Origin: Klebsormidium nitens
Taxonomy: Eukaryota > Plantae > Klebsormidiophyceae
Length of the DNA stretch: 64,000 bases
Assembly (NCBI GenBank): GCA_000708835.1
Contig: DF236974.1
Span: 50,626 to 114,625 of the forward strand
Reading direction: 5' to 3'
Made by a program: the position numbers and the translations under genes. The notes below the pieces were generated by a model. It made no database searches, was not told where the DNA came from, and was given only the letters and a program-made list of their open reading frames with translations. Positions 25,701 to 37,013 of the stretch are shown here, one piece after another (position 1 is the stretch's first letter; the number at the start of each line of letters is the position of its first letter).

Positions 25701-27257
25701 CCCCGCCCTCGTAGTACTCCTCCCCAAACATCTCCCGCATCTGCTTATCATAAGCGGCCGGGTCAAAGTCGTCGTCCAGGTCCACCAGCTGCTGCAGCTT
25801 GGCGCCGTCCAGGCTGCCCGCCATCTCCTTGATGCGCTCCAGCTTCTCCTGCAGCTCTTTCTTCTTGATGTTCTTCAACCGCTTGAGCTCTTCCTTGCGC
25901 GCCGCCGCCTCCGCCACCGCGCGCTCCTCCCGCTGCTGTCGGGCTCGTTTCCTGCAGTATGCAAACGACGTTTTGGCAGGTGTTTGCGCTTTGCAAAACG
26001 CACACTGTTTTCTGCTTTTTTCTTTCCTCCTCCTTTCATTTCCTTTCTGCATCTTCTTTCCTGCGCTGTGTTTCTGTTTCCTGCGATTGACTGGCCGGAT
26101 GATAGACCAGCGAAGCCCGGGGCACCGACCAGAGGGGCTAACGACCAGAGCGGCTGATTTTTCCAAGAACTTTTCTCCTGGTAATGGTCTTCACTGTGAG
26201 CCCCTTTCAGACGCACCACCGCCCATCAGAACCACCACCAGCATGACAAGTATTTCATCAAAGCATGCCCTTCCCACCACCCCAAAAAGTGAAAGAGGCG
26301 CCACCAAAAACCTCTCAGCATTCGGACGCACCTGGCATCATCCGGCCTGCGCACCGACCCCTCCACAGAGCGCGCATGGCCCACCACGTGCGCGGCCCCC
26401 GGTTCCTCGAACCTAAAGTTATACTGCTTCTCAAACTCTTCTTGGCGCTCAACCTCCTCCTCGTCCTCGCTCACGTCCGGGTGGTCATCCACAATCTCCC
26501 CATAAGTCGGCACCCGGTCCGCGTCCTTATCGACCCACTTTCTATTTGCCAAGTAATCCTTCAGAAAGCGCTCCCCCTCGTCGAGCGCGTCATCCTTGCC
26601 AAAGTACGCCTCGAGCCGAGCCATGACTTCGTTGTCTTTCGGGGCCGGAGCGCCTGCGAGTGTTGACGTCGCGGCGTCCGACGGCCCCTTTCGCACCCTG
26701 AGCAGATCGTCCTCTTCCTCATCGTCGCTCTCTGCACCCCCCACCCCCCTAAGAAACTCATTCTTCAGCTCCTCCTGCTCCTCGACATACGTCTTCCCCT
26801 TGCGCTTCAGCCCCACCCTCTTATCGTCATCCTCCTCATCGCCCCCCCCTTCCAGCAGCTGCTGTGCCACTACGTCCTTCAGATACACTGCCTTCTGCTT
26901 CTTGTCTCCAGTCTTCTGCGTTCCTCCCCCGGCCCCACCACCCTCCTTAAAGAACGCCACATCGCTCTGATAGATAGACGGGTCCTTCTGCCGGATCCTG
27001 GACAGAGTTTCAAAAATTTGCGCCTCCGTTTCTTCTGGCAGGAGGCCATCCTCGTCTTCTGACTCGTCGTCTGAGTCCGAATCCTCTTCCCCAGCAAGCC
27101 CCGCCTTTTGGAGCTCTTTCAGCCGGTGCAGATCATCCCGCTCCTTGTTGTGCTTGAAGCGCCGGGCATATTCCTCATTGACAGTCAACGTGTCAATCTC
27201 CCCCGCCTCCCCATCATCTTCCAGAATGCTTTGCTTCCGCTTCTTTGGGCGCCCCAT
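22713..27257 (-). CDS. KRI1: KRI1 homolog (40S ribosome biogenesis factor), 4 exons
   Basis: Exons 27257-26332, 25951-25680, 25064-24631, 23315-22713. Motifs LTVNEEYARRFKHNKERDDL, FLKDYLANRKW, FEKQYNFRFEEP, YYKLDYEDVVGDLPTRFKY, FGLQTDDILAMDDKELNALVSLKNIAPYR. Confidence 0.95.
23434..24046 (-). repeat. Array of decayed copies of the KRI1 exon-4 acceptor and exon start inside intron 3
   Basis: Real start GACAG|GTCAAGTCCAACACGTTCGGGCTGCAGACG at 23315. Clear copies start at 23483 and 23643; more decayed ones at 23754, 23916 and ~24046. Confidence 0.85.
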
Positions 27258-27447
27258 GACTCGGATTGCTGGAGTCGCAGAAGCGCTAGATACCTACTTT
27301 AGACAAAGAGCAACCTCACCTGCTTCCAATATCATTGACAAATGGCCGGGCTGTTGTCACAAAGTTCAAGCCGGCGCCCGCTGACACTGGGGCAGCGGAT
27401 TCCCTACGACAGGTTTCAGTGTCGTAGCAGCCCCATGCCTTTGATGG

Positions 27448-27472
27448 GTACGGGCTTATGAGAAGAGAACAT
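27448..27472. promoter_or_regulatory. 25-bp element shared with 10185-10209
   Basis: Second exact copy, between the KRI1 and RgpF-like start codons. Confidence 0.5.
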
Positions 27473-28071
27473 TCAAAAGCTTAACCTTGTTTCTACATGT
27501 TTGAAAGCAGGGTTACTGTAACCGAGTTCCACAACCAGCACAAAAGGCTGGCCCCAGATCGAGGTGAACAGGCAAATTGCAATGCTGAGCCATAGATTCT
27601 AGAGAAAGAGGAAAAAGAACGAGACGAGGACTCTAGGGAGGAGAAAGCTGGCCACTTTCGCCCCTCAATCGATCGTCATCTATATCCCAGGATAGGTAGC
27701 GTAAAATTGCCCTCTAGATCTTTACATACGATAGAGAGAGCCCCTTAGAAGACCGGGCCTTTCGCAATGCGGCAAGTGCCCGCAGGGGGCGCAAGGGCAA
27801 CAGAACAAAATTCCACGTTCCACAGGGACTAATCAGATGTCACTGAGTTTGAAGCCGGACTTTCGCAAGCTGGGTGCCAATGAGACACGAACAATGTAGT
27901 CCGCTGGTTGGTACTCAAAGTATCAGGATCGGTGGCTATGGTTGGGGCTAAAGGCGCACAATTTGCAACTGGAGCACCTTTGCGCAGCCGTAGAGGTGGT
28001 GGTGGTTTTGCAGCAGAATGGGATAGGGAAGTGGTGGCTAAGGTCATGCCCGCTTGAAACAGGCAGTCTCA

Positions 28072-29229
28072 ATGGCAAGAAGAATCTGGTGCGGTCTGGC
28101 GCTAGTTGCCTTGCTGTGCATTGCGCTTCTGGCCGTCAAGCTGGGGAACGAGAAGGATCCTGGGATGCTGCTGGGCTTCCAATGCTCGGGCGTTCCGGTG
28201 TCTGCAACACAGTCAGCCAAGAGTGTGGCGCCCCCTGCTGTCCTGGTGTCGTACTCTTACTTTGAGAAAGATGCGATTCAAAAGGAGAACCTGGACTTCT
28301 TTCTTGCGGTTGGTATGGGGCTGGGGGAAGCCGCACGCCGCCTTGACAACACCGACTTCTCAATCGTAGTCAGTGGAGACCTATGCACTCCGTGCAAGCG
28401 CTTATACCCCCATGCTCCGCAGAAAGAAAACGTGGCCGAATCTGAGGTCCTCCGGGAGGCTTTCACTGGCGCGGGGGTGACACTCCTCTTCCGGAAAGAG
28501 AATGTCGGAATGGACTTTGCGGCGCACAACGTCAGCATCGAGTGGGCGCGCCAGCAGAAAACAGCCGGCAAGTATAAGTATTTCATCTTTCTGAACAGCT
28601 CTGTACGGGGCCCGTTCTTTCCGTCGTACATGCCCCATGGTTGGCGGTGGATGCAAGCCTATACGGACCGCTTCCAAGGGGACATTGCCGCCGTCAGTTC
28701 TTCGATCGTGTGCCTGCCGCACGAGGACCGCTACGGGCCCCATCTCGAGTCCTGGGCCTTTGCGCTAATACCTGAGTCCCTTGAGCTGTTGATTCAAGCT
28801 GGGGTTTTCAACATTCGGGAGTGCAAGTTTTGCGCGGACGGGGTGATTGCTGGGGGGGAGTATGCAATTACGGAGGTGCTGATGACGCAGCACGGCCGGA
28901 ATGTGGCATCGCTTATGTCAATGTACCCGCTAGACACTGACTGGCGGGACTCCAAGCACTGGGGGTGTAACAACAACGTACATCCGAGTCGGCATGGCAC
29001 TTACGATGGGATCACGATGCACCCGTTTGAGGTGGTGTTTGTGAAAGCGAGTTGGCACGTGGGTGAACCGTTTGTTGAGCGTTACTCAGAGTGGTCCAGA
29101 AAGCAAGCAGAGGGAGAGGACACGACGAGCGGCTCGTTCGATAATGCAATGTTCAGGTACGCGATCAGCCCGCAGGCCGAGGAGGCAAAGGATGTCAAAT
29201 CTTGTTATGATGTGTTAGGAAGGAGTTGA
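28072..29229 (+). CDS. Intronless type II membrane protein, putative RgpF (rhamnan synthesis F)-like glycosyltransferase, 385 aa
   Basis: Single long ORF (ATG 28072; the track starts at an upstream TTG) with N-terminal TM (IWCGLALVALLCIALLAV). Motifs ENVGMDFAA, YFIFLNSSVRGPF, PHLESWAFAL, GGEYAITEVL parallel recalled RgpF motifs. The ORF is secure; the function is inferred. Confidence 0.75.
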   Translation: MARRIWCGLALVALLCIALLAVKLGNEKDPGMLLGFQCSGVPVSATQSAKSVAPPAVLVSYSYFEKDAIQKENLDFFLAVGMGLGEAARRLDNTDFSIVVSGDLCTPCKRLYPHAPQKENVAESEVLREAFTGAGVTLLFRKENVGMDFAAHNVSIEWARQQKTAGKYKYFIFLNSSVRGPFFPSYMPHGWRWMQAYTDRFQGDIAAVSSSIVCLPHEDRYGPHLESWAFALIPESLELLIQAGVFNIRECKFCADGVIAGGEYAITEVLMTQHGRNVASLMSMYPLDTDWRDSKHWGCNNNVHPSRHGTYDGITMHPFEVVFVKASWHVGEPFVERYSEWSRKQAEGEDTTSGSFDNAMFRYAISPQAEEAKDVKSCYDVLGRS

Positions 29230-32200
29230 CAAATAAGCTTGGGATAAGTGCTCCATTGTTGAAGGCACATTGGCCAGCGGGGCATGTGCTGCTTACTAGT
29301 GTAGTACTGGTACGAACCGGCGATTTCGAGAAGCTTGAAACGGTCAGGTCCAGCAGGAAACCCGGCACAATGAGGTTGAGGGATAATCTAGACAGTTTCG
29401 CTGCAATTTGCCGTGTGCAGTCGTTCTACTTGCTTGCATGTCCGGTTCTTCAGGGTAGCATGGTTGTCAATCACGCAAGTCCCATAAGTTTCCGGTGGGT
29501 CAATTTGTGAAACTTTCGATGTTTTAGACATCGGAAGTTTTTGAAAGCACCTTATTGAACTAGCTGGAGCCAGTGAGTCCATCCTGCTCGCGTGCAACCT
29601 TTGAACCGGCTGATGTACCTACCATTTTTGACGTAGAATCGAAGCAACTTGGAGTTGCACAACCGAGTTCTTGCCGCGCCTGCCGTGCTCACCGCATGCA
29701 TGAAGGAGTTAGTATATTAGATACGTGCATGACCAGGAAAGCAATCTCTTATAATGCGATCGATGAATTTGAACATGCTGCACGGGCCGATGCGCGACAG
29801 ATCCAACATATGATATGCACATGGAGTGACCCGTACTTGCAGCTGAGCGGCTATAGTCAAACTCGGGCTGAAAGGGCCGAGTCTGCGCTGCCGACGCTCA
29901 TGGTGCATTTTATGAAACCTCGCCCTATTAACCAGCCCACGTGGCCGCGGAGCCATGTTTAGCTGCCAATCAGGTTTGAGTGCACATGAGATTTCCATGC
30001 AGACATCCGCAACTATTCGAATAACGTTGTTAGGTGTCATTCGGCAACGTCTCGCTTAAGCTTCAATCTTTACTACATTTGGTCGCCTCTGGTACTCTTA
30101 CGAGGTTCGATCACATAGAACAGTGCTTTGAGCCTTGTTGGGCCAGGGATCAACGTTCTGTAAACCGACGGCTTTTGCACGAAGTTACGTCCAGGGACAG
30201 CAGGGAGAAAGGTAGACTGTATTTGCTGATTCACATTTGCGCAGAACTCAACGTACTCCGCTTTGTCCTGGCTCAGGCGGTTCCTTTCGAAACCAGACGG
30301 AGTCAGCTGAGATAGGACGTGTGAAATCAAGAGGGTATGACTTGCCACAGACTCTTGCTTCGAACTGACGTCCTGATGGTCACGTCAGCCTCCTCCGAGA
30401 CGCCCCAACTCCTGTTAGGCCATGGGGCACCGCTAGTTTCAGGGAGATCCGACTCTAGTAGAGTTCAGATCTCACGAGTATTTGCAACGCTTGGTCCTAA
30501 AGCATCTCCGCCTCCTGAGCCCTCGAGCGGAACAGTACTAGAGGAGTTCCTGAAGCGGTTGCTAGTTCCCCGCAGGCCGTTCCTCAGATCAATGTTATTC
30601 CTCGCTCATTAAAATTGACAGCTTGTTTTAACATTGAATGCCAACTAGCTTCCGATCCATCTATATTGGAAGCGGTACCCGGCGTTTAGGACTGGAGAGC
30701 TTGCCTGCTCCCTGATTCCACCCTGCCGAACCACAAGGAACTGAGGAGCATGCAGGACCGGCGGCCACCCAAACATCTAGACATTTTAACGAGGGCCTGG
30801 TTTTGGGGGATCCCCCTATCCTCCCTCTATTGGCGGCAGACGTTCGCGGCCATCTCCACCCCATCAACACCGGAGAGTGTGGATGGCGGACTTCACAATC
30901 GAGTTGCTCAGAATCGAGCCGCCGAAGAAAAGGAAGAGGAGCAATATGACAGAAGAATCAAGCACTAGAATATCTGAAGTCTTTTAAGTTATTTTGGTAA
31001 GCCAAAAAAATGCACACAGCTCCATTCAAGTGCCACGATTGTCAGGATATTGCTACAACCTGACAAGGAGCACGTCTATTTCGGTCGTCTTGGGCATTGA
31101 GACGATTGCACACTCACTTGTCTGGAGTCGCGCGCTCACCAGCTTTTGCTGGGGTTGGCACCCTGCATGTGTTTATGGTTGCAACTTCTCTTCATGAAAC
31201 GCGTCGGCGCTGGCGCTTCCGCGCCATTCTGCCAGCTGTTTTGTTTGGACCGAAGATCCTCGCATTGCCTATTACAGGCCTGCATCCAAATGAGTTTGAC
31301 TGGAAAGCTCTCATCTTCTCAAGACTGAAGAGGCGGCAGCGGCGTACGCTTCTACTACTAGGCTCCGCTGGAGCGCTCCATGAGCTGTACGTACGGCCAA
31401 GCTCTCTGCATGATGTGCAAGACCCTCACGGGTTCGAAATATAGCCTCTAGGTAAACCCGGATGGTTCTGAGTCTGGGAGTATGAGTCGTCCGATAGAGC
31501 GCGGTGATCATGTTTGGACGGTCGAGGGCTGCCATAGCGCATCCACGTGGTACACACAGGTTTTAACCTAGCACCTACCAAATCAAAACCTCCAAACCCA
31601 GAAGCCATGTGCATGTGACTGCACAAAGCTGCTGGCTGGTCTCATCATGATCACTGAAGAACGTCCAGTGTGGCTTCTCTACATCAATTTTCAGTTGACG
31701 GATTCGTCTCTCACCGTCTTCTTGCTTCTCTCCAGAACCTCAGGGTGTCTCCTTTGCACGGATAAGAGCCGCACTTTTCATCGAGCTTCAAGCAAGGGCT
31801 TCTTCACGTTCCTGAAAGCTGCGCCTTTCACCAGAGCTTTCAAGCAACTTGGGTGTTTTTACTCTCCTGAAGGACATCAATCTGTGCAAGTAGAATATCT
31901 GGCATAAGCGCAATTGTATCTTGAGTTGCTTGGCGGAGATGGCATTGTTGAGTCATGCGATGCCGCGGTCACTTTCAGCAGGCTTTATGCAGCATTCAGG
32001 CCGTAGTGGCGGCCAGATGGTACGCTTTCAACTTCTGACCCTTCACTTTCTGCTGACAAGAAGCGGTATAATGTGCAACGGACATAGACTTGTAGACGGC
32101 TGCTACATTGGCTTGTCTGTTGCAACATGAAGACTACCATTGGGCTACATAGATCTACTCAGCACTGAGTAGTTTTGCAAACTACCGTATGCCAGTCAGA

Positions 32201-32459
32201 CTGTATTTCAAGCTTTAATGACTAGTGACAGGGGAACCTGACTTGAGTCCACAGCCTCTGATTTAACTTTCCCTGGCTTGCTTGCGGAAGCACACCACTC
32301 TCTTCAATGTGCGGCCTGCAATCTCTCCCTGTTTGCTGTTTGTAGGAAAGGTCACCGCGTCCGTCTACAGTCAGAGTTTGCAGTCCCCTCCGTCCACCAT
32401 GTCGGGCCTGTCTCAAGCGGCTGCACCAAAAGACACAAACAGGCCAAGCGGCTGAAGTC

Positions 32460-35400
32460 ATGGCTATCCATCAGCTGTCATCATTTGTGGACAAAGGCAG
32501 CCAGAAGAATAAGCTGTGCAGCCGGAAGAGTGTGCTTAGGAAAGGTGGGGCCGGCCGGGGGCGTGTGACTGCCTCGGCTGCCGGGGGCACGGTGCAATAT
32601 CCGGAAGATTACGACGAGGTTTTGGAACAGGTGAGCTGTCCATTTTATGGTTGATGTCTGTTGAGTAGTCTCCTTGTGCCAGGCTAGGTGCACTGTTACA
32701 TTCTCTCTGATTACAAACAACCAGGTTGATGTCTATCTAGTCTGACTGAGCCATATTTCAAAATCAAACCGAGTAACAATATATTTTCTCGTGAACAGGT
32801 TCGGATAAGTACAGCTGCAGCTTTGAAAGATGGGAAGCAACTGATAGAGATCGAATTTCCAACTGCGGGTCTAGACAGCACTGCAGGTAAGGGGTGCGAA
32901 TTAGTTGCAGGGGTTGTTGCACCTGCTCTTTGCATTTAGGAAAGCGGAAGAGGTAAAGCAACGCAGTCTTCTTGTCTCTGCCGCACATGTGGTCTATGCT
33001 TTCCTTGTAACCAAGGAGGTTAGGAGAAGCCAATCGCCCTGTGTACACTAGGCGCAGTTGGACTCTCCTTGGTCTTGCACACCAGTCAAGCAAGGCAGAT
33101 CTCCCAGTCAAGCAGGATCGGAGGTTCATCAAGTGACCACATGGGAAAACAGAGTCTCATTCGAACCTTGCTGTGCCACTGCAGGGGATGCCGAAGGGGG
33201 TATGGAGATGAGCATGAGCATGACCGCGATTCGGGAGTTTTGCAAGATGTTTGTCCAAACCGACCAGGCCCCGAAGACCCGGATAGTGAGTTGTCAAGGC
33301 TCGAATATTGACGTCTCAATCTGCTGTCTACTCGTTTGACGTGTGGCTGAGAAGCGGCATATCTATCGAGGCCCGGATGAGCAGACACGAGCTCTGCTTT
33401 ACCTTCATTCTGGTCCAGTCTGTCCAGTCCTGTTCGTGTCTTGGTCTCAACATCTTCCTCCAATGTTTGTCCTCTCGAGATAATCGACTTCCGTTACTCG
33501 ATTCACGGTTTGATGAAGGCCACTTCGGACTCTCTTTGGCTGATTCAACGTGCAAGAGCCCAACTCTTTCTCATATACCTCAGCCGGCTGTGCAGTTCTT
33601 TCCTGACAAGAAGGAGTCGGTGCTCGCCAGGGGAGGAACTTTTGAGGGGACACCGTTCAAGATCGACTTCCTTACGAGCCCCAGTGGTCTTAGCGACATT
33701 GGGTGGGAGAAGAAAGTGAAGATGACGGACCGTGTGCAGCCGTCCGACGAGGCAAGTCGACCATAAGCCAATGCTCCGCACAAAAGATACTTTCTCTATA
33801 GATGAAAGCCCCCCGAAGGACTCTAATATAGTTCCGCATCAGAGCACGCTATCCATATGCAACAATTGGTGCGAATCAACTGGTCTCCAAATTCTCATCT
33901 CGTTGTTATACGTCCTTCTGCTGTTTATGGTTGCCTCTGCACCCTGCAACTCGAAAGATTGATTTTCGACTTTTGAACCCTGCTTATTTTCATGAACACT
34001 GGTGCAGATCTTTGTTGTCGCGTACCCCTACTTCAACGTCAACGGTGAGTTGACCAAACCCGCAAGCTCGTTGTATGGGGCGCGGATGTACCCTGAACTA
34101 TTCCCGCGTCACTTCTTTCCCTTTGTTCCAACGATTGCCTGGCTCTGGTCGCAATTGCTCAAAAGGATGATTGAAGAACGAACAGTCGTCCGGAACTCGT
34201 TCGAGGCCGCCATTCTGCGGCCGGACACAGCTTCAAAGACGTTCCCTTTTCTGGCCCAGCTACCTCCTCTAGCTTTCGCCGACCTTGACAATTGCCCAAA
34301 CCCATTGGGCCGTTGCTGCCGCCAAGAGCAGCGTCGGTGGCACCGTCAAAGCTCTTGCTGAGCTCCATCAAAATTTTGAAATGCCCAAGCCGTTTAGACG
34401 CCCGAAACCCTGGGCAATCAGGCGGTATCTCCGTGCAGAGATGCTGGCGGTCGAGGAGCTGTGGAAGGACTCGGCGGGGCCTTCCGGGCGGCCGATCATC
34501 GTTTTCAACGGGGAGATGGACCGGATTCGAAGCGGCTGTAAGTGCGCCGTACGAACACCCTACAGCTGTCGTGCTTCGGGCTCATGTTCAGAGAGTCTTT
34601 ACTGCCTGATTTTGAACGTCCGTCACCAGTCCAGTCCGACAAACGGGGCATCGTTTGATTGGGCTCGGCAGACAGATCTACGGGTCCTCGCTTATCGTTA
34701 ACCAGTGACAGTTCGCGTCTCCTTGAGGGCAGATACTTTTGCGGAAGAGCAAACGGGTCACAACAACTGCAGGCCCTGATATGCATAAAGCTCACTTTCA
34801 CTTGCTGGCACATGGTGTCACGACAGTAGCGCAAACGCGGACGCACCGTTGGATGCTTTGCTCCATCTCGTTGAACCAGGCAAAAAGCTCTTTTATGTTC
34901 TTTTCTTCAATTTCGAGTCGATGCGAAGAGTCCTGCCATTGAACCGGTCTTGTCTGGAACCCAACTCGGTCAGCTCCTCGAGCTGTGCACTTTGCAGAAG
35001 CAACGAAAAGCAAGGACAGTTTTTACCAAACGCGAAACGAAAAGGATGGTCAAAATCGGACGGACAAGCGGGATCGTTTTGGTGGCCTTAACGATGGAAG
35101 AACGTAAGGGTTGCCTGCAACGAGCCGGCAGCCAAGCTCCGCCCAGGTTGTTGTTCGGTTTACACTCGTCCGCGTTCGCTAACAAACACATCGTCGTCCA
35201 AGAACCTTACCATTTACGGCCCACCGTTTTCATCGCAGCATTCCCTGAAACTTGCTCCCTTTCGCAGACTACCCTCCCTTCTTCTACCCTAAACTGGGAC
35301 AGCTCGCCAAAACGTTCCTTCCAAAATTCGAAGCTGCTTACTACATCCACAACTTCAAGGGGCGGTACGGTGGGAAGTTATTCAGGTGGGTCGATTCTTA

Positions 35401-35902
35401 AACGGTCACGAGCCCCCCTCTACCATTTGAATATCACCGAAGTACTATTCTTATCTGACCCACTGCTTTGCACTGATCAATCCATTAGTGAATCTTACTT
35501 GGCTGCTTTTTTTTCGCGGACAAGCTGAGAAAAAATGCTTTTCTTTGCGGACAAGTTGATGACAGATCTCTTATCGGCATGCTTCTGTCGTTCAATCTAC
35601 GACTAGGTTGCCGACTTTCGTCTCCTTCCGGTCGATTATTTCATATACCTAGAGACGCGAGCGTGATTTGAGCATATCAATCATTCTAGCACTTCGAGCA
35701 AATTGGATCATCGGCCAAATTCGAAACCTGGCAGTCTTTCCTGACCCTGATGTTGCTCATTCGCAGGGCTTATCCTGGACCCTGGCAAGTTCTTAGGCAA
35801 AATGCTCAAGGTCAGCTAGAAGTCATTCAGGAGTCCGAAACGATGCCAACCTTAAAAGAGGTGGCGCTAAACATCTTGCCAACAATAAACATCGGTATCT
35901 GA
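32460..35902 (+). CDS. LPA3: LPA3-like chloroplast DUF1995 protein (PSII assembly), 8 exons
   Basis: Exons 32460-32630, 32799-32886, 33185-33285, 33596-33751 (GC donor), 34008-34044, 34439-34537, 35268-35385, 35767-35902. Motifs LIEIEFPTAGLD, GDAEGGMEM, VAYPYFNVNEML, FNGEMDRIRSGYYPPFFYPKL, YYIHNFKG, YPGPWQVLR. Confidence 0.93.
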
Positions 35903-37013
35903 CACGTTGTAGCATCTGTTACTTTTGTTGCAGCCCGCTTCCGCAGCCAAGCTCAGATTCTTTTAACAACAGATTCACCCATAGCTTGCATGTCGAGTAC
36001 ATCAAAGTGAGAGCCCAGCCGCGGGGAGCCGATACTATAGGGTACGCCCTGTCCGTGCACGATTCGTCATCTTATCACACGGCAATTCTATTAAGTGCTT
36101 ACTTTTCAGAACAGATCAGACGCTGCCTTTGATGCATGACGCGCTGATTGCATGTCATCACTTGCATCGTTAGCATGGAGATGTAGCCGGCTATATGGCT
36201 TAAAGCGCGTCGGACATACAAAAGATATGTACGTATAGTCGCGTCCAACATCCATTTTCCGCGTAATACATGTCTGACGTCTTGACCATGATCGCGATGC
36301 TCGCTGACGACGCGCTTACGTGCACTATATCAGCCGCAGAACGGGCGCCCCCCATGTGTTGCATGATATATCCATGTACCGCTCTGGCCGTATGAGTTAT
36401 GAGATGTTACGATGTGCGATCATCAACTAGCAATCAGGATCATGTAAATCGCAGCTCCAATGTTGTGAAACAGGGGTAAGTCAAGCTTATTCGGCCGACG
36501 CTTACTAAGTTAGATACGTTCGTTGAAAGCCGAGAAAATGATGCCATCACGTCTTCTGCTATGTCGCCCAATCCTGACGTTTGTGGAACACCAGATCGAC
36601 AGGATTACGATATTCAATGCGAGCTCGAGTTTTACCAAGGAGATCCAGCTAAAAGCAACCGAAGCCTTCAACAATAAGGCAGCTCATTGCATCTCATGGT
36701 CTGGAGCAATTGGCAAAAGGCAGGACAAGGTCTATTGATTATGACTATGGGCTGTTGAAGTACAAATCTCCTTATTTTACTGGTAAACCTCAAGGGTTAG
36801 GGATACTCAGCACTTTGTACACTTCGTCGACTGCACAAACGCCCGTTCATGCATACCTTGGGTGGCGGCACAGCCTCGCCTCTGGACGTAATCACTTTCT
36901 GTAAAATTCCGAAAAAATAGGCGAAACTCAAAAGCGTTAACGCGAATCAGACAACTCCCAGCCGCTTTCGCCAGCTTCAGACGCTCTGGAGAAGGGCGGC
37001 GCTTCCGGGCCGA

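Noticed and set aside
24722-26970. Plus-strand Ser/Pro-rich ORFs
   Set aside because: Antisense to acidic KRI1 exons 1-3.
36523-36904. Short plus-strand ORFs between LPA3 and SUT
   Set aside because: No motifs; probably antisense to the SUT 3' UTR.
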